DNA of 64,000 bases from Utricularia gibba. Lineage: Eukaryota > Plantae > Magnoliophyta. Below the pieces are notes generated by a model. It was not told the origin of the DNA. It worked only from the letters and a program-made list of their open reading frames with translations, and did not search any database. This document shows positions 28,652-40,082 of the stretch, one piece after another. The stretch is from NCBI GenBank assembly GCA_002189035.1, contig CM007990.1, positions 1,426,001-1,490,000 on the forward strand. Reading direction: 5' to 3'. The position numbers and the translations under genes were made by a program. Position 1 is the stretch's first letter. Each line of letters starts with the position of its first letter.

Positions 28652-31550
28652 ATGCCTACTGCTTTGGTTTTCCTCGCAGTTTTCACGGTTTTGGCCGCCG
28701 TTTGCCGATGCCAAAACGGAGATGCGGCGGTGATGCAAGCTTTGAAGAAAAGCATCAATGCTCCGAGTGGGCTTGGCTGGTCCGACTCGGACCCGTGTCA
28801 GTGGAGACATGTGCAGTGCAACGGCGGCCGTGTAACACGGATCCAAATTGGGCATCAGAGTTTGGTCGGATGGCTTCCGGTAAACATGAAAAATCTCGCG
28901 TCTTTGCAAGTGTTTGAAGTACAGGGGAATCAACTCTCTGGCCCGCTGCCGAGTTTCGCCGGAATGGGATCTCTTCAATCTCTGCTTCTAAGCAACAACA
29001 ATTTCTCCTCCATTCCGCTTGATTTCTTCGATGGGCTCACCTCTTTGCAAGAGGTTTACTTGGATTATAACCCCTTCAGCGCTTGGAGTATTCCCGACAG
29101 TGTTTCTGCTGCTTCAACTTTGAAACTATTTTCAGCGAATTCGGCTAATATACATGGGCCTATCCCTGGATTCTTCGGCTCTGATAAATTTCCCAGCTTG
29201 ACGAAATTGCATTTGGCTTTCAATAATCTCGAGGGTGCGCTTCCTTCTACCTTTTCTGGGTCTTCAATACAGTCCTTGTGGCTTAATGGTCAAACCAGTA
29301 GCTCGAGATTGAATGGGTCGTTAGATATTTTGCAGAACATGACTCAGATGACCGAGGCTTGGTTACATGGGAACTCTTTCACTGGGCCTTTACCGGATTT
29401 GACCGCCTTGATTCAGTTGCGGAATTTGAGTGTGAGGGATAACAGTTTGACGGGTCCGGTTCCTGCCTCTCTGATAGGGATGCAATCCCTTTTCATTGTG
29501 AATCTAACGAACAATTTGCTACAAGGGGAAACTCCGAAGTTCAGTGATTCAGTTCAAGTGGATATGGCTCCAAATACCAACAGTTTCTGCTTGCCTAATC
29601 CTGGGGCAGAATGTGATTCACGAGTTAGTTCTTTGCTTAATGTCTTGTCTGAATTTGGATATCCAGCTTCCTTTGCTCAGAGCTGGAAGGGAAATGATCC
29701 TTGTGGTACATGGATAGGAATCACCTGCACCAATGGAAATATCACTGTCATTAACTTCCATGGAATGGGTCTAACTGGGACGATTTCGCCTAGCTTCTCG
29801 CAAATCAAGACTCTGCAAAGGCTGGTGCTGTCCAACAACAACATCACAGGCACAATACCAAATGAGATGGCAAGTCTACCGAGCCTTATTCAGTTGGATG
29901 TGTCAAATAATCAAATTTATGGAAAGGTTCCAACTTTCAGGAATGGTGTGAATGTGAACACTGATGGAAATTTGAATATCAACAAGAATATGGCACCCCC
30001 TGATTCCCATGATGGACATGGAAATGGAGGTTCTTCAGGTGGATCTTCAAGTAGCAGCAAAAAGAAATCATCAACCAGCATTATTGTAGGTCCGGTGGTT
30101 GGTGTCTGCGTTGTTCTTGTTGTTGGGGTGATACTTCTTTTCTGGGCTAAAACCAAAAAAAGGCGCAGTGTGAAGGCTCAGCTCCCCTTCACAACAGTTA
30201 TACATCCTCGTCACTCCAGTTCTGATGATGCAGTCAAGATCACTATTGCTCCTACTTCAAGGATGAATGGTGGATCAAGTGAGATTCACAGTCAGCTTAG
30301 CAATAGCCAAAATGATCTCCATATTGTCGAGGCCGGAAGCATGGTGATTTCGATCCAGCTACTCAGAGACGTGACTAACAATTTCAGCGAAAAGAACGTA
30401 CTGGGGAGTGGCGGATTTGGTACTGTTTACAAAGGTGAATTGCTGGATGGGACGAAGGTTGCAGTTAAGAGAATGGAAGCTGATGTTATAACAGGGAAGG
30501 GCTTGGAAGAGTTCAGGTCTGAAATATCTGTTCTCACCAAAGTTCGACACAGAAATCTGGTCGCCCTTCTGGGCTACTGCTTGGATGGCAACGAGAGACT
30601 TCTTGTCTACGAGTACATGCCCCAGGGGACTCTGAGCAGCTTTTTGTTCAACTGGAGAGAACTGGAGCTGAAGCCTCTGGAATGGATGAAAAGGTTGGCC
30701 ATTGCTCTGGATGTTGCTAGAGGTGTGGAATACCTCCACGGTTTGGCCCAGCAAAGCTTCATTCACAGAGACCTGAAGCCATCAAACATCCTTCTGGGAG
30801 ATGATATGAAAGCGAAAGTCGCTGATTTTGGACTTGTCCGGCTTTCGCCTGATGGTCAAGCTTCCATGGCTACCAAGATGTTGGCTGGAACCTTCGGCTA
30901 TCTTGCCCCTGAATATGCAGGTATGCATTTTCACTAATGAACCACATCATGCTGGTTTTAGATTCTGCGTTATCATCTGTGTAGACAAGATTCATGATTT
31001 CTGTTCATGCATTGCAACAGTTACTGGAAGAGTGAGCACTAAGATTGATGTGTTCAGTTTTGGCGTTATTCTGATGGAAATCATCACCGGAAGGAAAGCT
31101 CTGGATGAGACGAAGGATGAAGAAGCACAGCATCTCGTCCCATGGTTTCGCCGGATGCTCTTAAACAAGGAAACCTTTCAGAAAGCCATCGATCCCACCA
31201 TAGAACTCACTGAAGAAACTCTGTCTAGCGTCAGCAAAGTGGCTGAGCTTGCCGGCCACTGCTGCGCGCGAGAACCATACCAGAGGCCGGACATGGGCCA
31301 CGTCGTGAACGTGCTCTCGTCTCTTGCCGAGCTCTGGAAGCCAATGGAGCCACTGGATCCCGATGACCTCTTCGGATTCGACTACGACATGACGCTGCCG
31401 CAGGCGCTGAAGAAATGGCAGTCGATGGAAGGATACAGTGGCGTCGATGGTTCCTCGTCGTATCTCGGCAGCAGTGACAACACTCAGACAAGCATACCCA
31501 TCCGGCCATTGGGGTTCGCGGATTCCTTAACATCAGCAGACGCCCGGTAA
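28652..31550 (+). CDS. TMK: LRR receptor-like kinase of the TMK family (TMK1/TMK3-like)
   Basis: Exons 28652-30920 and 31021-31550. Signal peptide, LRR blocks interrupted by a Cys-containing non-LRR island, TM helix, kinase motifs [21 protein letters not shown], and the TMK-type tail [19 protein letters not shown]. Confidence 0.95.
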
Positions 31551-32949
31551 GTCGTTTCGAAGAAGAGCGTTTCTGGGTCAAAGGATCCGCCTCCGGCTGC
31601 TCCCCTCGCCGTTCCGGTGACTATGAGACTACGGAGGTTCAAGAGTTACTTTCCAGTGAGCTTCTCCTCTCCTACGTGGCGTTGCAGTTTCATCTGTTTG
31701 TGTAGCAATGCAGTAGTCATGTGTATAAACTATAAACACTCATAAGGTTCAGGTGGAACGCCATGTCCCTTTGCCAATCTCATAAATCTAAATGAGAGAC
31801 TTCTCATTGCTCTGTGTGTTGTCACAATATACTTTGAAGGCTACGCAAAATGAAAATAAAAATGAGAACCAGAATGTGAATAAAGAATTATAATTAAGGG
31901 TTTAATGACGGTATTTTACATTGATTACATATGAGTGTAGTGATGTGTTTAAAAATTATATTATTAGTTTGTTATATAAATAAGTTATACTTGAGATAAA
32001 AATAGGTATACAAAAAGGAAATATATAACAAGATAATTTTATCTTAAACCTTCAACTCACATTATTTTATCTCATATTCTTTATATAAATTATTTAAATT
32101 ATAATTTATTTTACATATCAAATATTATGTTTTTCTTTTTCTGTTTAATTATACATTTTTATGCTTTCTACCAAACACATTATAAGAATCTCTTTGGAAT
32201 ATCACTTAAAAATAATTATTTTATATATTTAAGAAGCATTTTAACTTTTATTTAAATAATAGTATCACAGTTTTTTTTTAAAAAAAAAATTGAAGTACTT
32301 CATTATTCGAATTCTATGTAAATCATAAATAATACTTGTTTTATCCGAGAATCAATTCCATAAATATTTTTATTAAAATTAAAGTTACATCAAATAGACT
32401 CTAAGTATTTTATCTAAAAATGAATAACGTAAAATTATGATTAGTAGATATCTGAAACGGACAATATCATGTAAGAATAATGAGAATCATGACTACAATT
32501 GCTAAAAGATCACTTTGTGCCAACCACACAGGATTTGTTATGGAAGAGTAATTTTGGAGTGGGCGAACCCATGGCGTAGGCGCTGCCCTTAAGAGCTGAC
32601 TTTGAAATTGGTTCATGGAGACCAAACCCTAGTCTACGAAAAGGCGGTCAGGGCAGCTGGATTATTTGCGCCAATAATGAGAAAGGGACCAAGTTGCTTT
32701 TCCAGTTGGATATCAAAACGCCACGTTTATTATTGGGGGGCTACTTGATGACGGAGAGAGGTACAAGTGTACGAAAATAACGAATAATGAATTAAATATA
32801 ATATTTTTAAATTGAAGAATGTCTTTTTAATTATTTTATAAAAATTCTTGAATAGGACTTGGAAAAATGAATGTTAGGTTGGTTTTAAAACATTGCTGTC
32901 GAGTGTCGTTATGTTTGGTTTGGTACCACCAACGAGGACACAATTCATT

Positions 32950-32967
32950 GGCCCAGGCCCAGGCCCA
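32950..32967. repeat. (GGCCCA)3 tandem site II-like motif
   Basis: ggcccaggcccaggccca read directly from the sequence. Confidence 0.8.
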
Positions 32968-33147
32968 GGACCACTTCCAGTTGTGTTCCGCGACCAAGTG
33001 GTCTCCATGTGTTGCCAAAACATGGACCACGACAATCTGCATCAAAATTAGAATTCTTTGTCTTTTTTTTTAATGAAATATGCAATCATTGTTATTCTAA
33101 GATGTTGTTTGATATTAGAATATTAGTATATTTAAATATAGTATAAT

Positions 33148-33165
33148 TATATATATATATATATA
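33148..33165. repeat. (TA)9 microsatellite
   Basis: Read directly from the sequence. Confidence 0.85.
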
Positions 33166-33690
33166 ATGTTTGATATTCAAAAATAGAAATTTAAATATAT
33201 AAATGATATAAATATAATTATATCTGGGATTTCACTTGGAAAAAAAATGTTACATACTAATGGATTTGGGCCCATAAACATGGGGTCCAATGCAAGAAAT
33301 CTTGTAGCACTTACCAATGAGGCCCTATCAATTAGTATTACACACAAGAAATCAATTCTAGACACTAATACAATTAGATCTGCTCTTCATAAGCAAACTC
33401 ATCTATTTGTATATAACAAATAAGTATATGACTGATATAATCATACAAAATTAACATACATATGCTAATTAATCAAAATAACGGTATATATATAAATTTA
33501 TTTATAAGCATTTTATACTATATTATCAATTAATATCGAATTTTTTTTGGGGGGAAGCTCGATGGGGAAAGAAAAAAAACCTGAACATGCGGGTTGGTGA
33601 TGAAAGAAAGAAAGATGTGTTAATGCTTGAAAAGTGGAAACCATTCCTTTCATTTACCGCGCTTTACATTTGCTTCGGTTCTCTTGGCTC

Positions 33691-36600
33691 CTACTCGACT
33701 TCTTGGCGCTCCTCGCCGGCCGCAGGGTCCTCTTTCATGGTCTCGTTGGATGCCGCGTCCTGCTTTGGGAGGTTGCTGCCGGTTGGCTCCTCTGACTCTG
33801 CCAATGCGTCTGCATGGAGAGTGTTGGGTGCACCACCTGAATTTGGGTGAGTTGGTGAGCTGTTGCTGGAGCCCTGCGGCGGAAGGAAAACTCCTGTGCC
33901 GGGGAGAATCAGTCTAGGGGAAGGGCTTCGCAATGGGGAAGCAGGCCAAGCAGCAGAAGCAGGTGGAGGAAGAGGATTCACTGCTGGTGAGGGGAATGCC
34001 ACTCCTGCGGCGGCAGCCGGGTGGGGACGAAGATGCCGTTGGGGACAGAAACCTGCGGACGAGCAGCAGGAGTAGGAAGAACACCGGAAGGTGGGCCTTG
34101 ACGACGGCCATGGTTGGCAGGCCGGAGAGGAGGTGGAGACCAGCTTGAGGGGGCGAGGCAACATGAAACCGGTTAGAATCGCTTTTCCTGGGGAGTGGCT
34201 TTATCAGGGTGACAATGATTCTTTGTTTCTGGGTTGAAGGAATGGCATGCCGGGTGAAGTCAGCTGATCTCCCTTCAATTGCAAGCACGGACCTGTTGAC
34301 ACCAGGGGAGAAACTCAGTCTACAAAAGAAGCTCGTAGCTAGCTAGAAATGTGTTCAACAATTATTCAGAGTATAGATGACAGCAGATGTACCCAGGATG
34401 AAGAGAGAGCTTAAGAGCACCACGATAATCTCCAGGATGATATGTTGTCAGTACCTTACCGAAAGACATCTCGCATTCTGTCAAGAAAAGTAAACATACC
34501 GGCCTACCAAACCATTGTGGCCAGTTATTAGGCTGTGAGTGATCACCCTAGTTTATGTGCAAGGGAAAAGGTTAGACTAGGTATGACTTGATGGAAAAAA
34601 AAAAAAGGAAATTGGCGCAATGCACCCGTGTGTAACCTCATTGAAGATATCGATTATGCATGAGTCGGGCTTGATGCCGAGAACTTGCTTTGAAATCAAC
34701 TGCTCAATGGCGGATTGCAGAGACTCGGGTATGGGCTCCATTTTCATAGCTGCACGTTATACAGAAGAGAAATGAGCAACGTGATGTCAAACGAAGGTAG
34801 GGGCATAAATAAAAATTGAGGCAATAATGTGCAGCATGCCTTTTGGTGTCCCAGCTAGAGCATCATCTTCAATCGGTGCATCCGCTGTGGGGATACCAAG
34901 TTGAATAATCTCTCTTCCACGCCCTCTTACTGGCCTTTTTGAGAGGATAAATGCTTGGCCTGCTTTGGTGTAAGAAGAGAAAAAACAAATATAATCGGAC
35001 TGGACAAAATACTGAACTTTGAATGTCAAGTATGCAGTCACCATTAGTCAAAAAAGCATTGATTCTGAAAAATCATACGATTTCCCACAGCATAAATGAA
35101 ATCTGGAAATCACTAGGTGGTCAAATGGGCTAAACACGTCAGATTATACTACACAAACTTCATTATCTTCTTATCGGCTATAGAAATATTCACAGGCAAT
35201 TGATAATTGTATAGAAAAGCGCATCACGTGATTTCATGTGCAGGAAAGAGAAGTGGATATCTTGAAACTAGTCATGCCACAAACATCTGCAACATACTTG
35301 CCTTGCAACTGCCCCTTCCTCCCAGCAGCTCTGAAATCATTCACTAAAGTAATGAGCTTGGAGACTTCTGAACTGTCAAATAAATCTTCATAGAGTTTCA
35401 TTCCTTCAGCTATATTGACCTGCAAACTAAATATTGAGTGCGGTGTGTTCAAAAAGCTGTGAACAAACACACTGTAACGGGTGCTCACAGAAATTCCATC
35501 GTGTATTTCCCAAGAGATGAAGGTTTTTGCTGGATCTAATGCCTTGTGTTTCTCGGTTGCAACTAATGCAGACCCATCCTCAGCGAAGGAACCTGAAGAT
35601 TGGAGATACACTACTCAGGAAAAGGAATTGCAGCACAATCAGTGGCAGATTACAAGTTCTTTGGAGCTACATTTTATAGAGAGCACGATCAAAAAAACCT
35701 GAAAAAGCCTGAATTCAAATGCTTAAGGTATTAATTTCTACAAAAAGAGCTCAGCCCACACCTGCATCCACTAGATTACCATCTTCCTGTGAAGTAGCTT
35801 CTGGCGTGAGTCCTTCCCTTGTAGCAATGGTATTGGCCTCAGATTTTTCATCAGATTCTGTTTTAAATAAATTGAACATTGAAGAGATCAAATTCAAACC
35901 ATGACATTCGCCAACAAAGATGGTATTTCCGGTAATTTATAATTTTGTATGGTACCCTTACTTAATCCAACTGTCTCATATATGGAAACTAAATCAGGAT
36001 TCGTTCACTGCCATTAAGGGTAGGAATGAAAAAGGAAATAAGCATAGCAGAATGGCAGTCTAATGTACACCAAAAGCTAGACACTAAGATTACCACTCTT
36101 AGGCAACAACAACAACCTATGTTCAGGTCCTACAATGTGATGTGACCAATTATGGAATATAAATAGAAACAGAAACTTGCATACACGTTAAGAGTCACGC
36201 AGGTGAAAAATATAATCCCACCTTTTTTCTCATCCTTCCCCTCCAACTTTTCCTTCTCCGTTGTATCCAACTTCTCAATTATACTCCCATTTCGTTTCAA
36301 ATTGCCATTACTATGATCTTTTCCATTCCATCCCCGGCCAAAATTTTGAGCTTCAAAACCACCTCTATAACCCTTCCCTCCTCTTCTGTACTCCTTCCCA
36401 AAACCACCTGTCCTTGCACTCCCCTCAGCCCCGACAGCCCATTGTTGCCTCTTCCAAACCACCTGCTGCATAGAGTAAACCACATCAGCAATGGGAAGTA
36501 CTGTTGCATATGCAAAACCGGATTCCAGTTACATCTCCTCTGCTGTATGGCTGAAATTACACCTTCATACTCCCCAGGATCCCCAACCGCCCTCAAATGG

Positions 36601-36767
36601 TGACAGAGAGCATCGATCATGGCATTCGCAGCAGCAAATTCGCTTCTAAACCACAACAAAAGCGCTTCCTTCTCATCCATCTGATGAACAGGCGGCTGCT
36701 GTTGGTGAGCATACCACTGAACAGGGACTTTTTCCGGAACCATCACAGCCCCTGATTGCATTGCCAT
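33691..36767 (-). CDS. ALKBH10: ALKBH10-clade AlkB/2OG-Fe(II) oxygenase-like protein (At1g14710-like), with three apparent 1-bp frameshifts
   Basis: Eight inferred exons starting at 36767, 35857, 35592, 35419, 34959, 34749, 34547, 34292. N-terminal [35 protein letters not shown]; AlkB core [32 protein letters not shown]; Pro-rich tail with [13 protein letters not shown]. Confidence 0.88.
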
Positions 36768-38645
36768 ATCCAACACAACCCAAAATCCGATCTCAACAAC
36801 GCTATGAAATCCGCAACCGCCAAATCTTCGTACAAAAACCACAATCCACAAAATCAGCAAAAACAGCCTTCCATCGAAAAACACAATCAATCAACTCAAC
36901 AAACACAGCATCCAGAAATCATCGTATGATCCACCAAACTGACGCCAGATGGCGAAAGAGATCTACTATCACAAATGTGCCAAAGACGATGAGATATTCA
37001 ATAGCACTATCGCCGGCGGCAGAGCCAGGCAATGACAGCCTCCAGGAGACGACTTTCAGATCTGAGAGTGACGTTCGGGGAACGCAAATCGGAAAATCCA
37101 AGTGCCTGCCTCCCTGCCTGCGCGTGTGTGTGTGAGTCTGTGCGTGTAGTGTACGAGAGAACACACTCTCGCAAGATCTGAGAGAAAAATGGCTTGTGAA
37201 TCACGCGTGCGTATTTCTAACAACGCTTCCTCCTCTCATTATTCCGTTTTTTTATTATTTTTATTTCAGCTCTTGCCTCTTGGGATGCGCATCGATCAAC
37301 ACCCCCTGGCCCTTCGCCTATATTTTAATCAGAAAATATAAATTAAATAAACAAATAAAATGTTCCAAAAATAAATAAAAAGTACGGTTTTCAATGCTAA
37401 AATCACCTAACAGAAAGCAAACCCAGTCAACAGTCTTGGAGAGGGAAGGTGAGATTAGGAGGCGAATCTATGGTCTGACTTCCAAAACATGCATTCAATA
37501 TTTTATTCCCATTTTCGAATATTAATTTAAAGAGTGATTTTTATATTTATTTATTAAAATATTTTCTAATGTGATTTATCGAAATTCTATTAAAAATCGG
37601 ATCCAGTTAGCGTGGTCGGGATGGATATTCGACTCAAAAAGAATTTGGATAATTGAGAATATTATAGATAAAAAGCGCTATATTCTTACCCCAAAAAGAC
37701 ATAATATAATATTCATATTTATCTAATTACATGTAAATATAATAAAAAATCATTTAGCTCATTGGCGAAAATAAACGATTTTTTCGTAACATTAAAATCC
37801 GATTGGTGGTATAAATTTGTAGTCTGAGAAAGTGGGACCCACAGATACCCCAAGCTATTTTATAGATTCATTATACATTCTTTAATACATATACCATATA
37901 CATTATCATGATACAAATTTCTCTGAATTAAAGGTATACAAATAAGAAAGAGTGTTGGTGTAGATAATTTTATATATTATAAAAAGTAAAAAATTTTCTC
38001 ATAATAATTTATTCTCAATTATCAAACATGTTATTATTATCTCATATATTAGGATATCTCATCTTACTCTTATTACCAAACACAACAGTGTATATTTGTG
38101 GATTGGGTAAATGTGGGCATCCCATTTACAATGTGATAAAATTAACAACCTCTGTTAAAACATTTTACATTAGTGTGTGAGAGAAAATGGAAACGTGATC
38201 ATATTTGTTAATGACCCGTCAAGTAAATTAGAATGTATATTAGAAATGTGACCATCCAATTTTACTATGTTAGAAAATTGATTATTTGCAATTAAAAAAA
38301 ACTTAATTTAGTGTATGAAAGAGAATGATAGAATGATCATATTTGTAAATGATCCCTCAATCTCATGGTTAGGAACAAATTGGATGGTTTGGATGAAAAT
38401 ATAATTTAAAAGTAAATTTATCGTATTTTAAATTTTTTTATTCTTTTTTTTTTTGCGATTAAAAATGAGGAGTAGCTACATTGTTTACCACTTGTACGTT
38501 ACCAAACATTATAGGTACTAAAAGGTACACTGTTGAATGTTGTATTTAAAAAATATTAATATTCGATCATTAAAATGACTAATATCATCCAAAGAGGAAA
38601 GAAAAGCACCTACAGAAGTTCAGCTTTCATGATGACTAAGTGACC

Positions 38646-40082
38646 TCACAAAGAGGATGATGCCTCAGGGACAGGGCGGTGGCGTCGCTTCCCTCGGCGG
38701 CGCCCGCCGAACGTCACCGGATCGAAGCTGCGGAGCTGCTGCGCCTCGTGAACATCGATAGTACACTCGGGCATCGGAATCTCGTATCGAGCACGATCGT
38801 AGCAATACGAATACTGCAAGTAATTCCTCCTGAAACTCGCCATTTTCCTTCTTTGCTCCTGGGTGATCCCCCCGCCTGAAACCAGGTTGAAGTCCGCCAT
38901 TTCGGAGCACTTCGAGGGCTCGAAGGGGTCGATGGCGCATCCCTGGAGGATGAAGTTGGAGAATTCGGAAACGAAGGGGGCGTATTTGTAATCCACATGA
39001 TCCTTTCCTCCATTGGTTGCCCAATCTGATCCATCCCAAATCGTTGCGTAGACAGAAACTGGCTTGGAAGGGAAGTCCCCACCCATGGAGCTCGTCCTTT
39101 TAATCTCCCGTATGGGGACATTATCCACGAAGAAGCTGCAAAAACATATGAAAGTTCAGAGCAAGTGGCGGTTCCTGTTGTAATGACAATGCACTCGGCT
39201 AGTTCTTCCAGGAGTAAATGAACATATGCAGTTATTACTGGCACAAAATAAATGTCACCTTCTGCGTTTCTACTGATCAGTACGGTACAGAAACAAGATC
39301 AGACTTATGAAGGGGGAAAAGGACTACTCTTGCGGCTAAGTTTTTCACTATCTCTATCCGGAGTGTAGAAACTGAAATCATGTAAAGTTACTACTCACAC
39401 AATGAGAGTTTCTGTCCAGAGGATGCTGTACTGGTGAAAATCCTCAGTGGGATCAAACCAAAGCCCGTATCTTTCTTCTCTACCGAAACTTGTGCTCCCG
39501 TTTCCATAAACATTGGTCTGTATTCTCCACTCCCTTCCTCTAATATTTCCCAAAAACTCGAAGTCTAATTCATCATGATTCTTCTCGAACATATCCGCAT
39601 TCGACATCTGCAACAACAAGTTGGATTCAACAATAAAGGGCTGCATCAATATAAAGAGTTTAATGAAAAAGTTACTCACGTAGAAAGCCACAACTACACC
39701 AGCTGTGTAATCCCCTGGAAGTTTAATGGAAGCACTGAAATACCCATGAAGGTAAAGGTCTTGTGAAACGAATCCAGACCCTGCACCAGTTACATAAAAA
39801 AGAGAATCTTTGCAGGTGAATAGTGGCCTTTGCTTAAAGCTAAACATTTTTGCATTAACAGTAATACACGAAAGTCGAGGAATCGGGAACAACGGAAACA
39901 CCTGTTCTTTCGTCCAACGAAATATGAACGGATTTCTCATCTCTCAGCACAATGAGATTGTTTTCCCCAAAGAGATGGGTGTAGCCTTCGTCGAAAGAAA
40001 GAACTGGGAAGTTTCCAGAAAACCCATTCGCTAAACACACAAGAAAAACTCCAGAAAGAAGAATAGAAACGAAGGTATTCAT
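38646..40082 (-). CDS. XTH: Xyloglucan endotransglucosylase/hydrolase, XTH27/28-like
   Basis: Exons 40082-39902, 39780-39680, 39607-39399, 39135-38646. Signal peptide, GH16 catalytic motif HDELDFEFLG, IWDGSDWATNGG, and a basic C-terminal extension. Confidence 0.95.

Noticed and set aside
32590-32700. Minus-strand KQLGPFLIIG resembling a retrotransposon integrase C-terminus
   Set aside because: The match is too short and there are no flanking integrase or LTR features.
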